Below are positions 9,102-17,219 of a DNA stretch of 64,000 bases, in pieces. Location: NCBI GenBank assembly GCA_964600255.1, contig CAZRIX010000003.1, positions 6,476-70,475 of the forward strand, in the 5' to 3' direction. The notes under the pieces are model-generated. The model did no database searches, had not been told where the DNA came from, and worked only from the letters and a program-made list of their open reading frames with translations. Both the position numbers and the translations under genes were made by a program. The DNA comes from an uncultured Candidatus Saccharibacteria bacterium. Its GTDB lineage: Bacteria; Patescibacteriota; Minisyncoccia; Phycocordibacterales; PALSA-1337. Position 1 is the first letter of the stretch. Every line of letters starts with the position of its first letter.

Positions 9102-10112
9102 CTATTTTTCCATACCTTTCAATACTTCAAGGTAAAGTTCTTCTACTATTTTTTCCTGTGCCGCTCCGGATTTGGCATAGTGATCAAGTCCTGGGGCAGA
9201 GTTGATCTCAAGAATCCAGTATTTGTCGGGCTTTTCACTTATGTCACCGCTGATCATGAGATCTACTCCACATAGACGGAGTCCCATATCTTTTGTAAGT
9301 GAGACTGAGAGTTTTGCAAAGTCTTTATGGACTATATTTGTTACATCAATAGAATCTCCGCCGGTAGATAGGTTCGCATTGTCGAGTAGGTAGACTAGTC
9401 GATCTTTTTCTATTACAGATTTTAGATTGAGATTCTGATGTCGCAACTTGTCCATCATTCTTTGATCAGAAAAATTTATACGCGTGTCTCGACGGTCGCG
9501 AATAAATTGTTTTTGTTTTTTTATAAGTAATTCACGAATTGAGGATTTGCCGTCACCTGTAACATTAAGGGGAACTCTTTGGTATGCAGAAATTATTTTT
9601 CTATCTAGAACCACAACTCGATAGTCTTTGCCACGAACTGGACTTTGTACCAATGCGATTCTATCTCTTCCAAACACTGATCGCATCGCTTTGTAAAATT
9701 CTTTCTTGTTATGTACTAGTGCCACATTCGTACCCTGACTACCACTGTTCGGTTTTACTATGACAGGAAATTTTATTTTTTTTGCGTATCGATATGCTCC
9801 ATCAATATCTCGTTTTGGTAAACCGACTTTTTTAGCAAAAGATTTTGTAAAAAAAGTAAGGCTGTTTGGTACTGTTGCGTATCCCATTTGTTTCATAAAC
9901 ATATTCGCATAGTCCTTGTCCAAAGCAATCTCGGATGCTCCAAGAGTATTGATATCGATACAAGAACCACGGAAGTATCGTCTTCTCCCATTTTTGAAAT
10001 TTATCTGGCCGACGACTTGCCAACGAGGTTCGATAACCACACTAGCGCCAATACTTGGTGCTATCTTTTTTAATACCTGACCTAGGATTGGTGTAACTGT
10101 TTTTCGTCTCAT
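9102..10112 (-). CDS. RimK-family ATP-grasp ligase (alpha-L-glutamate ligase-like).
   Basis: 'VIVKPNSGSQGTNV', 'GKDYRVVVLDRKIISAYQRV' and 'ILEINSAPGL' match the RimK/GshB ATP-grasp core. Confidence 0.65.
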   Translation of the reverse strand: MRRKTVTPILGQVLKKIAPSIGASVVIEPRWQVVGQINFKNGRRRYFRGSCIDINTLGASEIALDKDYANMFMKQMGYATVPNSLTFFTKSFAKKVGLPKRDIDGAYRYAKKIKFPVIVKPNSGSQGTNVALVHNKKEFYKAMRSVFGRDRIALVQSPVRGKDYRVVVLDRKIISAYQRVPLNVTGDGKSSIRELLIKKQKQFIRDRRDTRINFSDQRMMDKLRHQNLNLKSVIEKDRLVYLLDNANLSTGGDSIDVTNIVHKDFAKLSVSLTKDMGLRLCGVDLMISGDISEKPDKYWILEINSAPGLDHYAKSGAAQEKIVEELYLEVLKGMEK

Positions 10113-10195
10113 TTTTTAGTGTCAGGCTATTATGTGGTTTAACATGGTTACATGTCAATGCTTACAAACATTTTAAATAAGTATATAATCGTTAC

Positions 10196-10888
10196 ATGAA
10201 ACTAAATCGATTTTATTGTGAAGAAAAGTTGGTGGGAATGACCAATGGCTCTATTACCCGTGATACCCTAGTCAATCAACTGAAAAATGTTTTTCGGTTA
10301 AAGACAGGTGACGACATTATATTATTCGATGGTTCTGGCTACGATTACTTGGTGACAATATCCGGATATGAAAAAGACACCGTTTCATTTACTGTAAAAA
10401 GTGTTAATGAAAACGTTGTGTTACCCACACGAGAAACATATCTTTTTGCATCAGTTGTGAAGAAAGATAACTTTGAGTGGATAGTTCAAAAAGCAACCGA
10501 GCTTGGAGTTTCACATATTGTCCCTATTGTGTCCGACCGTACAGAGAAAAAGGATATAAATACAGAGAGAATGCAGAAAATTATCACGGAGGCGGCAGAG
10601 CAAAGTGGTCGTGGAACATTGCCGATTCTCTACGGTGTAACCGAGCTTGAGGAGGCGTTACACAACTATGCGCATGTTCGTTCTATAGCATGGCACACAG
10701 TTGCACCGAAGTTCGTTTCACAAGATGTATCTGACTCTATCGGTGCATATATTGGTCCTGAAGGTGGCTGGTCTCCTCTCGAAATAGAGATTTTTAAGAA
10801 ACATGGAGTTCATACTCGTTCACTTGGTCCACAAGTCCTTCGTAGTGAAACAGCTGTTATTGCTGTGATTTCAAGATTGGTTTTCTAG
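10196..10888 (+). CDS. rsmE: 16S rRNA (uracil1498-N3)-methyltransferase, RsmE family.
   Basis: 230 aa. PUA-like N-terminus and SPOUT-type C-terminus ('GPEGGWSPLE', 'LGPQVLRSETAVIA'). Confidence 0.75.
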   Translation: MKLNRFYCEEKLVGMTNGSITRDTLVNQLKNVFRLKTGDDIILFDGSGYDYLVTISGYEKDTVSFTVKSVNENVVLPTRETYLFASVVKKDNFEWIVQKATELGVSHIVPIVSDRTEKKDINTERMQKIITEAAEQSGRGTLPILYGVTELEEALHNYAHVRSIAWHTVAPKFVSQDVSDSIGAYIGPEGGWSPLEIEIFKKHGVHTRSLGPQVLRSETAVIAVISRLVF

Positions 10889-10986
10889 TTTAGTTCCGCT
10901 GACCTACGTAGCTCCTTTTTCTATTCGACCCCTGATTAGTCTCATAGAAAAAGGACTACTCCGGTCAGCATTATAAAGATGCTTGT

Positions 10987-11133
10987 AAATCTCAGATAGA
11001 ATCCGGTGAGGAAGAAGCTAAGTAGGTCCGCGTTTAGTAAATTTTGATAGAATCCTTGCACTCGGAAGCTCCTTTTATTTTTACGCTTCGCTAGAAAATA
11101 AAACGACTTCCTCACCGGATTCTATAGAGATTT
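10987..11133. repeat. Long inverted repeat: a 19-bp perfect stem plus a 6-bp extension, enclosing 92 nt, inside a 300-nt highly structured intergenic region. Candidate ncRNA or MITE-like element.
   Basis: aaatctcagatagaatccggtgaggaag (10987-11014) pairs with cttcctcaccggattctatagagattt (11107-11133). Additional hairpins lie at 10912-10955 and 11060-11100. Confidence 0.4.
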
Positions 11134-11152
11134 ACAACAAGTAATCGTGCAA

Positions 11153-11183
11153 TAAAAAACCACCTTACGGTGGCTTTTTATTT
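11153..11183. terminator. Bidirectional intrinsic terminator, serving tig on the minus strand and any upstream plus-strand transcript.
   Basis: aaaaaaCCACCttacGGTGGcttttta: short GC stem flanked by an A-run and a T-run. Confidence 0.5.
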
Positions 11184-11185
11184 AT

Positions 11186-12148
11186 CTATTTAATTGCTTC
11201 TAGGAATTGATATGTCTTCTCATTTGTTAATACAGTCTCCGCATAAGTGTATGCATGTTCCTTGTCTGCATCTTTGTAGTGATCTAGAATATGCTTCACC
11301 TCTGCTTCTATTTCTTTAACATCAACTTTGATTTTTTCTTTCTTAACAATTTCATTTAGAATCAATTGCAACTTCGCTTTCTTCTCAGCTGGTTGTCTCC
11401 ACTCTGCGCGAATCTCTTCAATTGTTTTCTTTGCATGCTTTAGATAATCTTCAATCTTTACACCCATGCGATTGATATCATCATTGAACTGCATCTCAAT
11501 TCTTCTTGTTTCGCTTGCTATCAAAACTTCTGGAATTTCAACTTCTGTTGTTTCAAGAATTTTATCTGAAAGTGCGATTCTTTTTTTCTCTTGTGATTGA
11601 AGTTTCTTGTCTTCAAGTAGGTACTGTTTCAATTGCTCTTTGGCTTCTGGTGAATCATGATCGTGTCCTTCGTGGTCTGTGTGAGACTTCTTTATTCTTT
11701 CCAAAGCATCTTCAACTTCCTTGTCTGTTACTTCAAACTTTTCTTCAGGTGTGCTGTTTATTTCTTTTGCAATTTTTTTGAAATCACCAAGTTTTATTTC
11801 AGGAGATACAGCAGTGACAATTTTGAATTCAAGAGGATTGTTCATCGCCAACTTTGTAATACTGATCTCTGGGCGACCCAAAGCATCGATCTCTTCTTTT
11901 ACTACAATCTCTGGATATGCTTTTGATATTGCAAGCTCAGCCATTTCTTCTAGGATTGCCATTTCACCAACTTTTGATGTGATGACATTTTCTGGAGCTT
12001 TACCTTTTCTAAAACCATCAATTGATATTTCATCATTGATATTTTGAATAGCCTGCTTTTTGAATGCAGTAAATTCTGGTGTATCGATTGAACCAGTAAT
12101 CTCGACCTGAGACTTCTCTAACTTTTTGATTTTTATGTTTTTATACAT
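11186..12148 (-). CDS. tig: Trigger factor, short form apparently lacking the PPIase (FKBP) domain.
   Basis: N-terminal ribosome-binding signature 'GFRKGKAP'. Only 320 aa; the N domain runs straight into the C-terminal chaperone arm region. Confidence 0.8.
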   Translation of the reverse strand: MYKNIKIKKLEKSQVEITGSIDTPEFTAFKKQAIQNINDEISIDGFRKGKAPENVITSKVGEMAILEEMAELAISKAYPEIVVKEEIDALGRPEISITKLAMNNPLEFKIVTAVSPEIKLGDFKKIAKEINSTPEEKFEVTDKEVEDALERIKKSHTDHEGHDHDSPEAKEQLKQYLLEDKKLQSQEKKRIALSDKILETTEVEIPEVLIASETRRIEMQFNDDINRMGVKIEDYLKHAKKTIEEIRAEWRQPAEKKAKLQLILNEIVKKEKIKVDVKEIEAEVKHILDHYKDADKEHAYTYAETVLTNEKTYQFLEAIK

Positions 12149-12293
12149 GATTTTGAAAGTCTACCTTAAAAACGGAATTTGGCAAGTAAAGCATAGATGA
12201 CGTATCGAGACGATTCAAACAGGGTATATGGTTAATATAAAAACAAAAATACCCGACTCTCGCCAGGTATTTTTGTAAAATATGGATTAAGTT

Positions 12294-12596
12294 TTAGAAG
12301 CTGTAATCTATATCCTTTAGTTGCATATCTAGTTCAGCTTGGATGGCAGCTGCATCATTTGGAGTAGATGTTCCACCTGTTGTGTCTGTCTCGACAACGG
12401 TTTCTTCAGTTATGATTGGAGCACTCTCTATTTGTTCTGATGTTGTGTTTAGATTCTGGCTAAAGAAATATAGCGCTGCAATAACTACAACTAGAACTAT
12501 CACTAGGATTCCCACTATAGGCCCAACCTTCTTGTTGTCCTTTGGAGTAAGTGGTAGTCCATTTAACATACTATTTGAATTTTTGTTTGGTTCCAT
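12294..12596 (-). CDS. Hypothetical small membrane-anchored protein.
   Basis: 100 aa. One TM helix ('VGPIVGILVIVLVVVIAALYFF') followed by an acidic tail. Confidence 0.4.
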   Translation of the reverse strand: MEPNKNSNSMLNGLPLTPKDNKKVGPIVGILVIVLVVVIAALYFFSQNLNTTSEQIESAPIITEETVVETDTTGGTSTPNDAAAIQAELDMQLKDIDYSF

Positions 12597-12607
12597 ATTT
12601 GTTTATA

Positions 12608-13360
12608 TTAATTTCTGATAGGTGTTGTACTTGCAGTATTGCTTCTAGGTCCAATAAGCTTTACAACCTCTTTTAGTGAATCTCTTGCATCCTTTACTGC
12701 CTTGATTGCTGCATCACCAGTCTGTCTTGGCTTAGCTAGATCAGTTTCAGTTGATGTAGAAGCTTCTGATGTAGCTGTTAGGGCTGCTAGTGCTTCTACT
12801 GCTGTTTTTGCTGCTGCAATCTTTGTATCAGCTACTGCTAGAGCTGCTTTTGCATCAGTTAGAACCTTGCCTGATGCTTCTTGTTTAGTGATGATTTCGT
12901 TAATACGAGTTCTTGAATTTGTTAGATTCTCTATAGAAATGTTTAGTTGTTTAACCAATGCATTTGCTCTTGTCTTGAATTCATCTGTCTTCATCTTCTT
13001 CAAAGCATCCTTTCTTGCTGTTTTGAAGTTTTCCATAGCTTCCTTGTTTGAAAGGCGAATCTCCTTTCTCTCCTCTGATGAACTAGCAGATCTAGGATCC
13101 TTTCTCTCTGCAAGCATCTTATCCTTCAGATCTTTTACCTCGTTCTTTGTTGTTTCTTTGATATTTTTAACTTCAGCTTTTTTCTCATCTCTTACCTCCT
13201 TTCTCTCTTCTTTTATTTCCTTTCTAACTTCAACTCTCTTTTTCTCTGGATTGTTTGTGTTGTTTACACTACTGTCTGTTTGAGCAAGTGCGGCATTTGA
13301 TACTAGGAAAAAACCAAGTATCAATACGGCAAATGATAGATTATTTTTATTTAATTTCAT
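12608..13360 (-). CDS. Hypothetical secreted Lys/Glu-rich coiled-coil protein.
   Basis: Signal peptide 'MKLNKNNLSFAVLILGFFLVSNAALAQ', then low-complexity KE-rich sequence. Confidence 0.45.
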   Translation of the reverse strand: MKLNKNNLSFAVLILGFFLVSNAALAQTDSSVNNTNNPEKKRVEVRKEIKEERKEVRDEKKAEVKNIKETTKNEVKDLKDKMLAERKDPRSASSSEERKEIRLSNKEAMENFKTARKDALKKMKTDEFKTRANALVKQLNISIENLTNSRTRINEIITKQEASGKVLTDAKAALAVADTKIAAAKTAVEALAALTATSEASTSTETDLAKPRQTGDAAIKAVKDARDSLKEVVKLIGPRSNTASTTPIRN

Positions 13361-13403
13361 TTGTATATGATTAATGCTAAAAGGTTTAAAAACCTTGCAT
13401 CAA

Positions 13404-14537
13404 TTATACACTAGCAGCTTCTGATTTTGTACCAGTAGACTGGATATCTATTTTCCAACCTGTAAGTTTTGCAGCAAGTCGAACATTCTGACCGCCTTTT
13501 CCGATAGCTAGAGATTGTTGATCTTCTGAAACATGAACTACAGCTCTCTTTTCTTCTGTATTTAGATCAATCTTCTGGATTTTTGCTGGTGAAAGAGATT
13601 CCTGGATAAATACTGACGGATTCTCATTCCATTGTATGATATCGATCTTTTCTCCTGCCAATTCACTCATAACTGTAGAAACTCTCACTCCTCTTTGACC
13701 TACTAGAGAACCGATAGGGTCAATGTGACTATCTGAAGAGAATACTGCGATTTTTGAACGTGCACCTGCTTCACGTGCTATTGCCTTTACTTCTACTACA
13801 CCTTGTGCGATTTCTGGAGCTTCTACTTCAAAAAGCTTAGATAGGAATTTTGGATGTGAGCGAGATAGCTTCAAAAGGATACCCTTTGGTGACTCTTCTA
13901 CAGCATAGAGGTAGGCACGGATTCTCTCTCCTTGCTTGTAGTGCTCATTTGGAATCTGGTCTTCATATGAAACTATACCCATAGCACGGCCCATGTCCAC
14001 GAAGATTGCTCCTCTTTCTACTCTTTGTACTGTACCTGAGACAATTTCACCTTCTTTTGCAGCATATTCGCCTAGAACTGATGTTTTCTCAGCTTCCCGA
14101 ATCTTCTGTATTATCACTTGCTTTGCTGTTTGAGCAGCAATTCTTCCATAATCACCCTTTTCTTCAAGAGGGAAGATGATTTCATCGTCTAGTTTTGCAT
14201 CTTTTTTGATTTTCTTAGCATCGTTAAGTAGCATGTGGTGCTCAGGATTGAAACGAACGCGGATATTCTCCTCGGCCATATTCTTGATATCCTGCTCATC
14301 CTCCTCGTCCTCCATGATTACTTTTGACTCATCTACCACGATTTTCACCTGGTAAAACTCAACTTTTCCAGAGTCATTGTCAAAAACAGCGCGAACAATC
14401 TGGCCTTTCTTGCCATATTCCTTCTTGTAGGCTGTTGCTAGGGCAAGCTCAATAGCCTCAAGCATCTTAGCCTTTGGTATACCACGCTCCTCCTCAAGCT
14501 GTTGTAGAACCGAATGTATTACTTTTAGATCAAACAT
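13404..14537 (-). CDS. nusA: Transcription termination/antitermination factor NusA.
   Basis: N-terminal domain, S1 and tandem KH. 'AIELALATAYKKEY', 'RVERGAIFVDMG', 'PVGSLVGQRGVRV'. Start placed at the internal Met 'MFDLKVIHS'. Confidence 0.85.
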   Translation of the reverse strand: MFDLKVIHSVLQQLEEERGIPKAKMLEAIELALATAYKKEYGKKGQIVRAVFDNDSGKVEFYQVKIVVDESKVIMEDEEDEQDIKNMAEENIRVRFNPEHHMLLNDAKKIKKDAKLDDEIIFPLEEKGDYGRIAAQTAKQVIIQKIREAEKTSVLGEYAAKEGEIVSGTVQRVERGAIFVDMGRAMGIVSYEDQIPNEHYKQGERIRAYLYAVEESPKGILLKLSRSHPKFLSKLFEVEAPEIAQGVVEVKAIAREAGARSKIAVFSSDSHIDPIGSLVGQRGVRVSTVMSELAGEKIDIIQWNENPSVFIQESLSPAKIQKIDLNTEEKRAVVHVSEDQQSLAIGKGGQNVRLAAKLTGWKIDIQSTGTKSEAASV

Positions 14538-14718
14538 ATATTTAATTGTATTAACTTTATAATGCGGACTTATTGATGCAAACTTACTGATAATTGCTAA
14601 ATTTTTCAAAAAAATGAGCTCGCCTCAAGCGAACTTCTTGTAAAAGAGTATATCATGACAACGGGATATCCACAAGTGGAATAGTTTTATCTCTAAATAG
14701 ACTATATAATATGTATAT

Positions 14719-15939
14719 ATGAATATTAAAAAACTAACATTAGGATTATTAGCTTCAGCATTTACTTTTGTACTAGCATTCTCTTTTTTAACTAGTCTGG
14801 CAAATGCGGGTACATCTGAACTAACAGGGTGGGGATGGTCTCCAAATATCGGTTGGATCAGTTTGAACTGCTCAAATACAAATACCTGTTCTACTTCGAA
14901 CTATAAGGTCCAGATCGCCACAAGTACAGCTACAGACGGGGTCTTTTCTGGATATGCATGGTCTTCAAATATTGGTTGGATAAAGTTTGAGGGTGACAAG
15001 TCTCATGAAGGTCCTACTATTGAACTTGATAAGGGATCAATAACTGGATGGATAAGAGCATGCGCTGGTACAGTAAACAAGGATTGTGCAAGTGTCGATA
15101 GAACAGACGGTTGGGATGGTTGGATGAAGTTATCAGAGCCAGGTACTATTTATCCCACACGAAAAATAGATGGTACTGGAGGTTTGACATATGATCCCGC
15201 AACAGGTCAGTTCGTAGGGTACGCTTGGGGAGGTCTCCTAGGTTGGATAACGTTTAGCCCTAATGTTCCTCCACCGTCAAATGCAAAGTGCCCTGGATGT
15301 AATGGTGTCACAGGTGGTCAGAACATAACCGCGAATTGTCTGATTAATCCATCAGTTATAACCCTTACACCACCAAACACAACCACTACTATAACTCCTA
15401 GTGTAGGTTCATATTCTGGAGGAGTCGGTTCATATTCTTTCTCACCACAGACTTTCACATTAGGAGTTGGTGTTGGTCAGATAAACTCAGTAACAGTCAC
15501 CGATAGTTCAGTTCCACCAAAGACAGGTGTGGTTGCATGTAATCCAGTCACAGTTAATATGGGAGTTGCGCCAAGTGGGTTGAATATGTGGGTACCACCA
15601 GTGTCAGGCGCTGATACAAAATCAAATAGTTCAATTAAAATAAAGCCAGGACAGAATGCGACAGTAAAATGGGAATATCCTGCGGGAAGTACACTTGAAA
15701 GTTGCGAGGGTTACATAAACGGCACGCTACTTACTGGCGCTGATGCAATCACATGTAATGCACAACAGAAAATAATAAGGACTGGGCTATTACCACAAGG
15801 TATACATAAGTATTCAATGGTCGGTACAGATTTGACTATAGGCAGTCTAACCAACGGCCAAGTCTTAAATGCACGAGCTCCGAACGATGAGTACGAGTTA
15901 ATAATATATGTTTCAAATTCAAACATTAAGGAGCAATAA
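14719..15939 (+). CDS. Hypothetical secreted protein with four Trp-rich 'G(Y/W)xW(S/G)xN(I/L)GWI' repeats.
   Basis: Signal peptide, then repeats WGWSPNIGWISL, YAWSSNIGWIKF, ITGWIRA, YAWGGLLGWITF. The C-terminal half is Thr/Val/Gly-rich. Confidence 0.55.
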   Translation: MNIKKLTLGLLASAFTFVLAFSFLTSLANAGTSELTGWGWSPNIGWISLNCSNTNTCSTSNYKVQIATSTATDGVFSGYAWSSNIGWIKFEGDKSHEGPTIELDKGSITGWIRACAGTVNKDCASVDRTDGWDGWMKLSEPGTIYPTRKIDGTGGLTYDPATGQFVGYAWGGLLGWITFSPNVPPPSNAKCPGCNGVTGGQNITANCLINPSVITLTPPNTTTTITPSVGSYSGGVGSYSFSPQTFTLGVGVGQINSVTVTDSSVPPKTGVVACNPVTVNMGVAPSGLNMWVPPVSGADTKSNSSIKIKPGQNATVKWEYPAGSTLESCEGYINGTLLTGADAITCNAQQKIIRTGLLPQGIHKYSMVGTDLTIGSLTNGQVLNARAPNDEYELIIYVSNSNIKEQ

Positions 15940-15957
15940 AATATAAAAATATCAAAG

Positions 15958-15995
15958 TAAAAGGGCGTTCGCGAGGAACGCCCTTTCTTGTTTTA
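15958..15995. terminator. Bidirectional intrinsic terminator between two convergent genes.
   Basis: AAGGGCGTTCgcgagGAACGCCCTTtcttgtttt: 10-bp perfect stem, A-run upstream and T-run downstream. Confidence 0.8.
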
Positions 15996-16002
15996 GCCAA
16001 CC

Positions 16003-17010
16003 CTACTTGAGGATCGGCACACCATCCACCGGGACTGCCCGGTAGAATTGTTGCACCCCATCCATGTCTGCGTAGACGGGATTTTCGTATGCGGGGAGGT
16101 TGATTACCTTCCCGCCAGGTAGATCCGTCCACTTGCCACCGAGTGTTGGTGTGGACTGGATCATGTAGATCCTCCCAGGCTCCCCATCCTTTACGCTAAG
16201 CGCGATGGAGGTAGGTTGGGTGAATGACTTGACTCCGCCTGTTGCGGCGGTCACTTGAAGATCTACTCCGACCTCTGCAGGCTTCTCCGGCCTGAGGTTA
16301 CCGCTCTCATCAAACACCTTGAAGGTGTTCTGACTCGTGACCACCCTAACGGTGGTCTTGAAAGAGTCACTCGACACAGCGTGGTGTGTCGGGATGAAAA
16401 TAAGGGATCTAGCAAGGTGAAATCCTTCTTGAGGATTCGAGTCTGAATTAACACTCCTGACAAGGTAACCATTGCTGGACACCGTGTCCACTTGAGCCCA
16501 AGCGTACTTGGGAATCTCGTATACCACGAATTCTGACGGAAACTCCATGGAGATATCCGTAAGATCAGGTGGTAGGGAGTATGTATTTCCGACCTTGACC
16601 AAGTAGAACACCTTGTATGCTACAAAGTAGTAGACGCTGATGTAAGGTACACCAGGACCATTTACTCGTTTGTAGTATTGCGCGTGCAAGATGAACGGTT
16701 CATCCCGGTCCTGTCCAACATTCGTATCGATTGCCCCTTGGGCAAGTCGATGGAAGTTAGACCTGAAGTGATTTTCCAAATCTACCCTAGCGGTAAAGTT
16801 GGTATTCCATCCATCGTTGCCAATACCGATCGCTCGGCCATTCAATAGTTGTCCTACACTGAGACTAAAGATCGTCCCAGATTTCAGAGAATGTCTCTCG
16901 ACCGCCTCCTCGCTCCCGATGAGCAAGTTGGTGATCTGTGCGCTCAAGCCTTCCTTGCAGAAGGCTAGAGCGAAGATCACGAGCGCAAGCGCTCGAATTT
17001 TCTTGTTCAT
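16003..17010 (-). CDS. Hypothetical secreted protein or lipoprotein encoded in a high-GC patch.
   Basis: Signal peptide 'MNKKIRALALVIFALAFCKEG'. Local GC is visibly higher than the flanks (roughly 50-55% against 35%). Confidence 0.55.
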   Translation of the reverse strand: MNKKIRALALVIFALAFCKEGLSAQITNLLIGSEEAVERHSLKSGTIFSLSVGQLLNGRAIGIGNDGWNTNFTARVDLENHFRSNFHRLAQGAIDTNVGQDRDEPFILHAQYYKRVNGPGVPYISVYYFVAYKVFYLVKVGNTYSLPPDLTDISMEFPSEFVVYEIPKYAWAQVDTVSSNGYLVRSVNSDSNPQEGFHLARSLIFIPTHHAVSSDSFKTTVRVVTSQNTFKVFDESGNLRPEKPAEVGVDLQVTAATGGVKSFTQPTSIALSVKDGEPGRIYMIQSTPTLGGKWTDLPGGKVINLPAYENPVYADMDGVQQFYRAVPVDGVPILK

Positions 17011-17025
17011 AATGTTCCTTACAGC

Positions 17026-17056
17026 AAGGTGCCATTAGCGCACCTTCGTTTTTTTT
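17026..17056 (+). terminator. Orphan plus-strand intrinsic terminator immediately upstream of the start of the 16003-17010 gene.
   Basis: AAGGTGCcattagcGCACCTTcgtttttttttg: 7-bp stem plus a T9 run. No plus-strand CDS lies upstream of it. Confidence 0.45.
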
Positions 17057-17219
17057 GTTGAGTTTTACTCATGTTTGCACATTTCGATGTGCTGAGTCTG
17101 CATATATTATACCATAAGTAGTACATAAAAGTAAAGCAAGGGGTATGTATGTGGATAAGTGGGTATTAAGGTGCTTTTTGATTGAAAATTCAGTTTAAAA
17201 TGCTATTTTGTCGTACTTA

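Noticed and set aside
16255-16472. Small ORFs 16255-16446, 16263-16472 and 15926-16132, and the small ORFs 32438-32704 and 32764-32967, 33735-33950.
   Set aside because: Typical spurious open frames generated by high-GC DNA; they overlap the longer signal-peptide-bearing or better-supported ORFs.
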